Program-made: the position numbers and the translations under genes
Assembly: GCA_041674765.1 (NCBI GenBank)
Contig: JBAYVE010000002.1
Span: 113,467 to 177,466, forward strand
DNA: 64,000 nucleotides
Origin: Patescibacteria group bacterium
GTDB taxonomy: Bacteria; Patescibacteriota; UBA1384; XYA2-FULL-43-10; 1-14-0-10-43-13
Direction: 5' to 3'
Part shown: in pieces, positions 47,601 to 55,871 of the stretch
How the letters are laid out: every line of letters starts with the position of its first letter
How positions within the stretch are numbered: position 1 is the first letter of the stretch
Notes under the pieces: generated by a model
The model's database searches: none
Told to the model about the DNA's origin: nothing
The model's input: only the letters and a program-made list of their open reading frames with translations

Positions 47601-50600
47601 TATAATTCCGGACGAGCAATGTATAGTAAGCATTTTGATGCATCTACCAGCCGATGGGGGATTGATTACTCGATTGGAACCGAAGGATCACAACCTTCTC
47701 CGAGCATTGCGGTAAATCCTTCCAACAATGATATTTATGTGTTTTTGATTGCTAGCAACAACAGTGTTAAATACTACAAATGGGCCCTATCGACTGATCC
47801 AGAAGTACCTTCGTCTTGGGAACTTGTCGATAATATTTATAGCACAGGCACTAATACAGGTGTTTCTGTTAGTGAATATGTTTCAGGGTATAAGCTTGGA
47901 ATGATATGGACCAACGGCACTGGCTCTCCTTATACTGTTTATGCTGATTCCTTAAATTTTATTACATATGGTACTTTGAGTGGTACTGTTTACACGGATC
48001 GTACGGCAGCTACTCATGCTGGTGCCGGTGTGCAGGTCAGATTGGTAATCGATGGTACTTTAAACGAAGAAGTTGCTACTACCGATGAGAATGGCGCTTA
48101 CTCTTTTGTAACAGAGGTTGGGACGAACGATAACGTCCTAATATTTGCTGATCCTAGCGCCGGCAATATTTATGGAAATGTCGTGATGACTGCAAGCGGT
48201 GCAGATTTAACGGGCATCGATATTTACGGTAATGCTGTTATTGCTAGAAACGAAACGGCTTCGCAGGTTACAAATGAAACATTTCAAGCTGCTCACGGCT
48301 CTCTCACAGAGACAGGGATATTGTATTCCTCCGGGTTACCCATCGATTCGTCGGTGGATGGAACTTATTTTGACCTTTTGGTTTGGCCTGGCAAGAGTAT
48401 GACAGCTAGTGCGGACGTTCGTGTTGAAGATCTTGTGATAGGTACTGGTGCTACTCTAAGTGGAATGGCCTCTGCAGGTGAAAATGCATTTATGGTTTCC
48501 GGAGACTTTGTGAATAATGGTACTTTTGTTGCCAATCAGCAAAAGCTTATAGTTGAATGCTACGAAGGCTTTTGTAATGGCAGCAGTTCCCAAATTGTCA
48601 CTACTGGGGGAACCAATGCCACCTTTTACGATATTGATATTTCTAAACAGATTGGAGATTCTGTAATTATCGATGGAGACCTTAAAATTACACATGATCT
48701 CAATGTGATACACGGAACAATTGATTTGCTCACAAATACCCCTGATATAGATCTTTCTAATGATCTCTATATTTATACAAATGGTGATATGACAACAATG
48801 CCAGGAGATCTAACTTTTCTTGGGGACAGTGAATCCGAGCTGAGATTGATGAATTCTGATGTTTTTAGCCATATCATCATCGGCGGAGGAGAGGGCAAAA
48901 TTTTATCGTTGATCACATCATCCCTCTTGGCTGATACATTTACTATCAATGCCGGCAATATTTTCAAGCCGCCATACGAAGCGACGGCCACGATCAATGT
49001 GAATTGGGAAAATTATGGTACTCTTGATACTTCAAGCGGAAACTTGGCGTTGGTTTTAGAAGGTTCCGCGGAATCAAAAATATACGGCAACAATACTTTT
49101 TCTCAATTTTACTGCACAACCCCTGATAAAACGATTAAATTTGAAAGTGGTAAAACTCAAAATATTACCGGTGCTTTGAATATTACTGGTACCTCTGGGC
49201 ATAATGTTGTCTTGGCAATGCAGGGCGGGACTTCTGGTGTCGACTTTTGGAATATCGATCCCGATACCAGCTCTAGGACGGTTGATTACGTTAAAGTTAC
49301 TGATTCGACAAATTTAGACGAAGTTTATATCGATCCTCCAAATTACGATCCGGAGAGCAGCCATACTGTAAATTGGTTTCCAGCCGCTCCAACGGTAACA
49401 ACAGGAGCAAAGGATTCTTATCTAACGACGGATTTTTCATCCGACTGGATTGAGGCAAAGGGATCCATCACTGCTACTGGAGGTAAAAATCCGACTATTC
49501 GGGGTTTAAAATATAGCACTGTTGGCGAGCAGGACGATAGCTCTTCGTTTGACAGCGGTGATTACTCAACAGGCGATTTCACAAAAACTCTTTCCAATCT
49601 TGAAGTGAATACTCTCTATTATATCCGCGCCTATGCTACAAATACCGGCGGGACAGGTTACGGCAGCTGGATTTCAATGTATACCAAGGCCAATACTCCG
49701 GGCATTTCCGTTGCCGGGGATTATGACGAGGTCAGCGGCTATCATCTGGACGCTACTATTTCGCCGAATCTAAATTCCGATGGTACAGAATATTACTTGC
49801 AATATTCAACCGACGGAACCAATTTTTATGATCCAACGGGAATGGCTTGGGGGCAGACTGAAAAATCATACATTTTCACAACTGATAAAGACGGTGCTCA
49901 TATTCAACCATATACCCAATACTGGCTAAAGGTTAAAGCTCGAAACGGGGATAATATCGAGACCGACTATTCATCTTCATCAGCCGATGTTACGCCGCCA
50001 GCTGCACCAACAATAACAAATCCGGCAGTTTCAAATATCTGCAGCACTACAGCAACTGTGTCTTGGACAGCTTCCGTAAGTGGGGACAAATACGACCTAT
50101 CTTATGGTACTGATGCTAGCGCCAGCAATACCGCAGTTATCAATAATATCGCAACAACTAGTTATGAGTTGACGAATTTAGTAGAAGGTGACAAGTATTA
50201 TTTCAAAGTAAGGGCAGTTTCGAATGCAAATGGAACGGGTGCTTATTCATCAATTTCTGATCCTTTTACTCCAACAGCATGTGTGGCTCCTATTGCGCCA
50301 AATGATTTTTCGGGGACCCCTGCTTCAGCCTCAAGTATTGATTGGTCCTGGACTGATAGCTCGACGATCGAAACGGGCTACAAAGTGCATAATTTGACGC
50401 ATAGTTCTTTGTCCGGCGATCTTCCTGCAGATTCTATTGCCTGGAGCGAACAAAGTTTGGAAGTCAATACTGCGTATACTCGCCACGTTAATATTTTTAA
50501 CGAGATAGGCAATAATGATTCAAATTCGGCCACGGTTTACACAAAAGCAAATACTCCGGGCCAACCATCGGTTAACCAAATTGATTCAATTTCCTTAAAA

Positions 50601-53600
50601 GTTATTGTTTCTGAAGGGACAGATAATCCAAGCTATACCCATTATGAAATATATGAAACAACTACCGGTAAATATGTCAGGCAAAGTGATGGCACGCTGC
50701 AAGCAACTGAGGATTGGCAAACTTATTCCGGCTGGGGTGGAGCGAGTGGAATAACAATCAACGGATTAGACAGCAATACAAGCTACACCTTCCAAGTTCG
50801 AGCTGCTAACAAAGCTGCTATGGGTCTAGACAATGTTTTGACAGATTGGTCTGCTAGCACAACCAATTCGACTTATCCAAAATATTCTATAACTATCTCT
50901 ATAGACGGCACGGGAGAAGGCACTGTTTCTCCTTCCGCTGTTGATCCGGTCAATAGAGGAACAAGTGTTGACCTTACAGCCTCTCCATCGATTAACTCAA
51001 ATTTCACAACTTGGACCGGATGCACCTCTGTATCTGGCAATGTTTGCCATCTTTCCAATATTACTTCGGACAAATCTGTCACAGCTACTTTTGCGATCAA
51101 AACTTTCACCGTCCAGATATCCAAAGCAGGAAACGGAGCTTCCGTAAGTGATACTTCGCCAAATACAGAGCAGACAGTAAATTATGACGGAAGCATCGAC
51201 ATCACGGCTTTACCCCATATTTCAGCGAACTTTACCTCCTGGTCTGGATGCGATTCTGTCGAAGGTGCAGTCTGTCACCTCACAAATATCACATCCAACA
51301 AATCTGTCACAGCTACTTTTGCGATCAAAACTTTCACTGTTGCGGCAACATCCACCGGTTGTGGTTCGGTTTCAAACTCTTCGCAAGCAATAAATTACGG
51401 CTCGGATTCTGCTGTTATGACCTTCATTCCAAACTCAGGCTGCTATGTCTTCAATGTTGTCGCCGATGGCGATTCAGTCGGTTCGCCATCTTCCAAACAA
51501 TTTACAAATATCACACAAAATCATACCGTCGACGTGGAATTTCGTGAATATCCTACGGCAACGCTATCGATTAATTCCGGTAGCCTAAAAACCAATCAGG
51601 ATACAGTATCATTATCAATAACCCACAATACTACTGCCTTGGAAATGAAAATATCAAATAGCTCTGATTTAACGGGTGCAGAGTATACGCCGGTTCGATC
51701 ATCTATTAGCAATTGGATTTTGGCCGATTCATCTAACGACGGCGTTAAGACGGTCTATCTAAAGGTGAAAGACTCAGTTGGCCATGAGTCTGGAGTGGTT
51801 TCCGCCACCATATCACTCGATAAAACTCCGACTGATGCCCCGCTTAACTTAGTGGCTGTTGGCGGTAAAACCACTACTTCTCTCTCCTGGAAGAATCCTG
51901 TGGCCACCGACTTTACAAAAATGGCGGTTTTTCGTTCTACATCGCCGAATTTCATTCCGGATCTGGGTGCAAACAAGATCGGCGACACCAGAAATAACCT
52001 TGAGCATAGTTATATCGATACCAACGTAGCCAATGGTGTTCTTTACTATTATCGGATAAAAGCAGTTGATGATGCTGATAATTATTCAATATCCTCTAAT
52101 GAGGCATCAGCAAAAGCTGATAACGATCTACCTTCCGCACCAGGTCTGCCGACAATCACCGAAAAAACAAACTCAATTGATGATATAGAGTACACAAATA
52201 GGGGAAATAATACGATAACATGGCCAGCCTCTACAGATCTTAACTCTGGCTTGAAGCATTACTCAATTATGCTTACCATACCCCCGCTAGCTTCGAACAA
52301 TTGCGCTGAAACCACTACCGCTAATTCCCTAACATGTAATTTTTCAGATGGTATCTATAGTATCGCCGTTCAGGCACATGACAATACCGGTAATTCCAGT
52401 GCTTTCTCGCAAACATTATATTTTAATGTCGATACGTCAGCCCCGACGCTGACTGAACCACTTAGTATCTCCGATGCTCCTACCGATAGGTCAGCGCTCG
52501 ATTACAAAGCGCTTCTCTCGTGGAGCAAAGCTTCAGATGGCAATACGGGCGGTATCAGCAGCGGAATACTGGGCTATATCGTCTATCGGTATGAAGATCC
52601 GATCTTACTTCCAAATCAAATAGTAACGAAGGTCAGTACTGATTCCAGCGGAAATCCAAGCTATGTTGACGCAATTACCCCTGATAAAAACTATGATTAT
52701 TCGGTGCTTGCTGTAGACAAAGCAATGAACCGCTCGAGTAAAATCTCAAATAGTATAAATGTTGCCGGAATATTGCCAGGGGAGGGAGAACTGATAATCT
52801 CTGATATAACATCAACACCATCTGATCAGATGGGAGAGAAAACATTTGCTACTATTTCGTGGAAAACATCTGTTCCTTCTACCAGTATGGTCAGTTATGG
52901 TCTTGATACCGGTTATTCTCTGCAATCTCCACTTGACACCGGTCTAAATACGATCCATACAATGGTACTTAGCGATTTGGAGTTCAGCAAAACTTATCAC
53001 TTCAAAGTTTTCTCCGAGGCGGCAAATGGAGATCGTGCAAATTCTGATGATTACACTTTTACTACCAAGGATATCTTGAAGGATGATGATGTCTGGAGTG
53101 TTATACCAGGGGTGATTATTCGAATTGACGATGTTATTTCAAGAATAATCAATGAAATCAACGTTCGAGGGACTGCGCAGACTGTAGCCTTGCCTGTCGC
53201 TAGTTCGGCTGCTGTAGTTGCGGCATCTGGGGCAGCTGCTGCCGCTGCGCCGATTGCCAATGCGATGACCCTCTTTTCATTCCCAGAATATTTACGGGCA
53301 TTGTTATATTCAATATTATCAATCGGTTCAAGGCGTAAAAGGCGGGAATGGGGCAAGGTTGTCGAAGAGGGGACTGGCATCCCGATCGCACAAGCACGGC
53401 TAAGCCTGATTAGGTTGGAAAAGAATATTGCCGGTAACCCAATTGAAAAGATAGTTGCAACTACATATTCTGACAAGAAGGGCAATTATGCTTTCATCGC
53501 GGAGAAAGGTTCCTACCGTCTCTCAGTAGATAAAGATCTTTACAAAGTCTCGAATCTAAAGGACGTTTATCATCCCTCTGATGTTATAAAGGTAAAGGAA

Positions 53601-54116
53601 GACAAAGAAGGGCTGATTATTCCAAGTATCGTCCTTTCGATGGACAGCCATTCTGCAAAAAAGAAATTGTTGAGTTTAAATAGACTTAGTAAGTTTGAAA
53701 AAGTACTTTTCTATGTTTCCCTGGTCTTCCTGATTTTCGGCACTTATACATCGATACTAAATCTTCTAGCCAATCCCCGAAATCCGCTGAACTTTCTGAT
53801 TATTATTTATCCGATTCTCTGGGTTGTTACTCTGGCGAGTTTATTCAAAGTCTCCCCATGGGGCAATGTCGTTGATAAAACAAATTCTCAGGGTGTTTCA
53901 TTGGCTTTGGTTAGGATTATGGATAAAGGCGGAAAAGTGCTCGTAAAGACAGCAATTACCGACCAACAGGGCAAATACCAGACCACCGTGCCTAAAGGTG
54001 AGTACAAGATTCTGGTAGCCAAACAGGGCTACTTCCAAGCTGAGCCGGAGACCTTGAATGCGACAAATGAACTAAATGCTTTGAACAAACAGATTGAGGT
54101 CGTTCAAAGAAATTAG
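44622..54116 (+). CDS. giant (3164 aa) membrane-anchored surface protein with repeated beta-propeller-like, fibronectin-III/Ig-like and carboxypeptidase-regulatory-like domains
   Basis: An N-terminal TM is present. There are about 15 units of LYVGGSF…AGG…IAKWNG..WSALG (~50 aa). These are followed by fn3-like blocks (TPPAAPTITNP…VSWTAS) and a near-duplicated segment (CHLSNITSDKSVTATFAIKTFTV and CHLTNITSNKSVTATFAIKTFTV). The C-terminus has 3-4 TM segments flanked by CarbopepD_reg-like motifs (DKKGNYAF…GSYRLSV; DQQGKYQTTVPKGEYKILV). Confidence 0.8.
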   Translation: MNPDQFKNLDRLDQELARIQRSTKTSWRFFAAPHDWLRMKFRWYYKWHLNPWAQMVHKFSFGLVTAGILLIVLTQFGLFDFNQSTKAAAVSVDTSTTGEATNNSSQRKTFTDTVNNTQWAFYNNGEAIEYSYSSDGSSWVSAGTLAHNTQYFSTNYKAISGAGYVLLATECNTYDVCIYQGSLTGTSISFGSAATVFDGVSLSNNYSRPTVTYDGDNYIWVGAVKDFGNSSPDHLQAQTKKSSSANNISGWGSVLTAGNKMKILTNVIILNQSGSSMYLVASNGSSVTGFKYTTEVPVWTSANDGGEAAWFEFGDGGFSAAVNAVAISGTDVYVGGSFIKIDSLTTNFIAKWNGSSWSTLGSGVGGPVYALEVVGTDLYVGGSFNSAGAVAVNNLAKFNTLTSEWSSVGGGVVGVEENSAIVYSLIESNSSLYIGGSFVLAGETSAKSIAKWDIAAESWSALGNGLIDMNDSTAIVRSIAIDGSSVYAGGMFVQAGEVAANVVAVWDGNSWSSMGSPQMDMAMTVAIYNSEVYIGGLGWSEGNAAKWNGSAWEYINFTSEVRTLVVNDGKLYAGGGFQALGEDSFKFIAVYNGVSWSGLEQDLNNTVSQLTFSGNDLYTVGSYTAAGTVAAKYFAKYSDGQWQAQGSVGGIDGDVNTIAVDDSNNIYIGGTFRTAGGISANRIAKYDGDTWSALGTGTSGEVKVIKVVDDIVYVGGSFASAGGEATSNIASWNPATSTWSALGSGTDSTVYTLADFGSSLYAGGNFSTAGGGAASKVATWNMTAGTWSALGSGVNDLVLSVATDPEGNLYVGGSFTSPGSKIAKWNGLEWSALGTGVNNLVRSLIFVDSKLYVSGHFTTAGGVSSNLVAMWDGENWNSMGLAGSVVYTIAADASNNIYASVPTNGNRSAQVKWNGEVWDNYSNGFAGSGVYSSLFIGDRLYIGGSTTVFSSYGMSGTSLGYLENAIARSTDSGSEVSAVTDSLGNIHLAYSAWYNSGRAMYSKHFDASTSRWGIDYSIGTEGSQPSPSIAVNPSNNDIYVFLIASNNSVKYYKWALSTDPEVPSSWELVDNIYSTGTNTGVSVSEYVSGYKLGMIWTNGTGSPYTVYADSLNFITYGTLSGTVYTDRTAATHAGAGVQVRLVIDGTLNEEVATTDENGAYSFVTEVGTNDNVLIFADPSAGNIYGNVVMTASGADLTGIDIYGNAVIARNETASQVTNETFQAAHGSLTETGILYSSGLPIDSSVDGTYFDLLVWPGKSMTASADVRVEDLVIGTGATLSGMASAGENAFMVSGDFVNNGTFVANQQKLIVECYEGFCNGSSSQIVTTGGTNATFYDIDISKQIGDSVIIDGDLKITHDLNVIHGTIDLLTNTPDIDLSNDLYIYTNGDMTTMPGDLTFLGDSESELRLMNSDVFSHIIIGGGEGKILSLITSSLLADTFTINAGNIFKPPYEATATINVNWENYGTLDTSSGNLALVLEGSAESKIYGNNTFSQFYCTTPDKTIKFESGKTQNITGALNITGTSGHNVVLAMQGGTSGVDFWNIDPDTSSRTVDYVKVTDSTNLDEVYIDPPNYDPESSHTVNWFPAAPTVTTGAKDSYLTTDFSSDWIEAKGSITATGGKNPTIRGLKYSTVGEQDDSSSFDSGDYSTGDFTKTLSNLEVNTLYYIRAYATNTGGTGYGSWISMYTKANTPGISVAGDYDEVSGYHLDATISPNLNSDGTEYYLQYSTDGTNFYDPTGMAWGQTEKSYIFTTDKDGAHIQPYTQYWLKVKARNGDNIETDYSSSSADVTPPAAPTITNPAVSNICSTTATVSWTASVSGDKYDLSYGTDASASNTAVINNIATTSYELTNLVEGDKYYFKVRAVSNANGTGAYSSISDPFTPTACVAPIAPNDFSGTPASASSIDWSWTDSSTIETGYKVHNLTHSSLSGDLPADSIAWSEQSLEVNTAYTRHVNIFNEIGNNDSNSATVYTKANTPGQPSVNQIDSISLKVIVSEGTDNPSYTHYEIYETTTGKYVRQSDGTLQATEDWQTYSGWGGASGITINGLDSNTSYTFQVRAANKAAMGLDNVLTDWSASTTNSTYPKYSITISIDGTGEGTVSPSAVDPVNRGTSVDLTASPSINSNFTTWTGCTSVSGNVCHLSNITSDKSVTATFAIKTFTVQISKAGNGASVSDTSPNTEQTVNYDGSIDITALPHISANFTSWSGCDSVEGAVCHLTNITSNKSVTATFAIKTFTVAATSTGCGSVSNSSQAINYGSDSAVMTFIPNSGCYVFNVVADGDSVGSPSSKQFTNITQNHTVDVEFREYPTATLSINSGSLKTNQDTVSLSITHNTTALEMKISNSSDLTGAEYTPVRSSISNWILADSSNDGVKTVYLKVKDSVGHESGVVSATISLDKTPTDAPLNLVAVGGKTTTSLSWKNPVATDFTKMAVFRSTSPNFIPDLGANKIGDTRNNLEHSYIDTNVANGVLYYYRIKAVDDADNYSISSNEASAKADNDLPSAPGLPTITEKTNSIDDIEYTNRGNNTITWPASTDLNSGLKHYSIMLTIPPLASNNCAETTTANSLTCNFSDGIYSIAVQAHDNTGNSSAFSQTLYFNVDTSAPTLTEPLSISDAPTDRSALDYKALLSWSKASDGNTGGISSGILGYIVYRYEDPILLPNQIVTKVSTDSSGNPSYVDAITPDKNYDYSVLAVDKAMNRSSKISNSINVAGILPGEGELIISDITSTPSDQMGEKTFATISWKTSVPSTSMVSYGLDTGYSLQSPLDTGLNTIHTMVLSDLEFSKTYHFKVFSEAANGDRANSDDYTFTTKDILKDDDVWSVIPGVIIRIDDVISRIINEINVRGTAQTVALPVASSAAVVAASGAAAAAAPIANAMTLFSFPEYLRALLYSILSIGSRRKRREWGKVVEEGTGIPIAQARLSLIRLEKNIAGNPIEKIVATTYSDKKGNYAFIAEKGSYRLSVDKDLYKVSNLKDVYHPSDVIKVKEDKEGLIIPSIVLSMDSHSAKKKLLSLNRLSKFEKVLFYVSLVFLIFGTYTSILNLLANPRNPLNFLIIIYPILWVVTLASLFKVSPWGNVVDKTNSQGVSLALVRIMDKGGKVLVKTAITDQQGKYQTTVPKGEYKILVAKQGYFQAEPETLNATNELNALNKQIEVVQRN

Positions 54117-54129
54117 AGTCCTATGACCA

Positions 54130-54279
54130 TGATTCCGAAAACCCTAATAAACGTATTTATTCTTTAAATGGTGCTCTTAAAAATGAGAACTTCTGTCACT
54201 GTACTAATAAGTGACAGAAGTTCTCGTCGTTCCTCCTCGAACAATAAGAAACAGGGAAAGGGTAAGGTTTTCGGAATCA
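54130..54279 (+). mobile_element. MITE-like 150-bp repeat element, copy C (perfect 14-bp TIRs)
   Basis: Begins 14 bp after the giant-gene stop. The 5' TIR is tgattccgaaaacc and the 3' TIR is ggttttcggaatca. There is an internal perfect hairpin (CTTCTGTCACtgtactaataaGTGACAGAAG). Confidence 0.65.
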
Positions 54280-54564
54280 CGTTTGATGATTATTGACAGC
54301 TTACTTAAATTATGATAAATTAATAGAGTCCAAAGACCACTAGCCTTCGCTAAAACTACAGCCGGCAAACCAGCCCGGATAGCGATAGAAGTCTTGTGCA
54401 GGAATTCCGTTAGTATAGAGTAAATATTATTGATATATGTCTATCAGCATTCTGCTGCCATCATATACAATAAATTTTATACTTTCTTGATTTCTGCGCT
54501 AGTCGCAGATTTTTTTAAATAGAGTCACAAAAAAGTAACGAAATTTACGAAAGTAAAGGAATTC

Positions 54565-55083
54565 ATGGCAAAAACAAGAGAGAAAAAAGAGGAATTGATT
54601 GCTAGATTAGAAGAGGAAATTTCTGGTGCCAAAGCTGCAGTGTTAGTTGACTACAAAGGTCTGAAAGTCAAAGAAACTGAGGATTTGAGGAACGCTTTGC
54701 GTGAGAAGGGCATTAGTTTCAATGTTGCTAAAAACTCCTTGGTTAAAATCGCTTTAAAGAAAAATGGGATTACTTTTGAGGAAGGTATCTTCAAAAAACC
54801 TATTGCGATCGCTTTTGGCAAAAACGATGAGGTTGCCGCTGCAAAAGAGATAGATCTTTTCGCAAAGAAACATGAGGCCATGGAAATTCTTGGCGGAATT
54901 CTTGAAAAGAAGATGATTGATGCTGAAATGGTCAAGAAATTAGCTTCCTTGCCATCACGCGAAGAGCTTTTGGCCAAAATGGTCGGATCGATCGCTTCAC
55001 CACTATCCGGCATGGTCAACGTTCTTGCCGGCAATCTTCGGGGTTTGGTCAACGTGTTAAAAGCTGTAAACAACAAGCAGTAA
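54565..55083 (+). CDS. rplJ: 50S ribosomal protein L10
   Basis: MAKTREKKEELIARLEEEISGAKAAVLVDYKGLKV is a canonical L10 sequence. Confidence 0.9.
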   Translation: MAKTREKKEELIARLEEEISGAKAAVLVDYKGLKVKETEDLRNALREKGISFNVAKNSLVKIALKKNGITFEEGIFKKPIAIAFGKNDEVAAAKEIDLFAKKHEAMEILGGILEKKMIDAEMVKKLASLPSREELLAKMVGSIASPLSGMVNVLAGNLRGLVNVLKAVNNKQ

Positions 55084-55103
55084 TCTTATAAACTGAGTAT
55101 AGT

Positions 55104-55144
55104 GTCATTCTCGGGCAGGCAACGCCATGACCCGGGAATCCAAT
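55104..55144. repeat. GTCATCC-type palindromic element (copy between rplJ and rplL)
   Basis: gtcattctcgggcaggcaacgccatgacccgggaatccaat. Confidence 0.5.
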
Positions 55145-55181
55145 ACATTAGGTTAATTAAAAACGTTTAATAAGGAGAATC

Positions 55182-55589
55182 ATGGAAGAGAAGAAAGAAG
55201 TAGAGGTTCCTGAGAAATTCAAGGATCTCGTCGAAAAAATTGAGAAATTAACAGTTCTCGAATTGGCAGAACTTGTAAAAGTTCTCGAAGAGAAGTTTGG
55301 TGTCTCAGCCGCTGCTCCAATGATGATGGGCGCGATGCCTGCCGCTGGTGCCTCATCTGAGCCAGTTGAAGAGAAAACAGCATTTGATGTTGTTCTGACT
55401 AGCGCAGGCGCACAGAAGATCAACGTTATCAAAGCTGTTCGTGAAATCAAGCCAGAACTTGGTTTGAAAGAAGCCAAGGATTTAGTTGATGCTGCTCCAA
55501 AAGATATCTTGAAAGGTGCTAAGAAAGAAGATGCTGAAGCTGCAAAGGCAAAGCTTGAAGCTGCCGGCGCAACTGTCGAAATGAAATAA
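55182..55589 (+). CDS. rplL: 50S ribosomal protein L7/L12
   Basis: AAGGAGA RBS. Has an Ala-rich hinge. The C-terminal domain runs [24 protein letters not shown]…[14 protein letters not shown]. Confidence 0.95.
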   Translation: MEEKKEVEVPEKFKDLVEKIEKLTVLELAELVKVLEEKFGVSAAAPMMMGAMPAAGASSEPVEEKTAFDVVLTSAGAQKINVIKAVREIKPELGLKEAKDLVDAAPKDILKGAKKEDAEAAKAKLEAAGATVEMK

Positions 55590-55645
55590 GCAAGCGAATA
55601 AGCTAGTAAGCTGATAAGCTTGTAAGTGATAAGAATATACCACCT

Positions 55646-55667
55646 GGAGCCGAAAGGCTCCTTTTGG
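55646..55667 (+). terminator. Rho-independent terminator after rplL
   Basis: GGAGCCgaaaGGCTCCTTTTGG. A second hairpin (CCTCCCCttttcgaGGGGAGG) follows about 50 bp later. Confidence 0.6.
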
Positions 55668-55794
55668 TATAATATTAATAGTCTTTTTACATCCTTTCTT
55701 TTGTCATTCTTGGGTTTCATTCCTCCCCTTTTCGAGGGGAGGTTAGGTGGGGTTTATTGAATTTCAATACCTTGTATTAGTTGCTTGCAAATAA

Positions 55795-55842
55795 GGAATT
55801 GGATCCCCGTGTCATGGCTGCCGCCTGCCCGAGGATGACACT
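55795..55842. repeat. GTCATCC-type palindromic element (reverse orientation, between rplL and tgt)
   Basis: ggaattggatccccgtgtcatggctgccgcctgcccgaggatgacac is the reverse complement of the copy-1 core. Confidence 0.55.
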
Positions 55843-55871
55843 ATTGAGAAGACCAATTAAAAATTTACAAA

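Noticed and set aside
44766-53485. Multiple minus-strand ORFs (65-144 aa) inside the giant gene
   Set aside because: They are antisense to one continuous 9.5-kb reading frame with clear repeat and domain structure.
54651-55720. Minus-strand ORFs of 141 and 187 aa over rplJ and rplL
   Set aside because: They are antisense to canonical L10 and L7/L12 genes.
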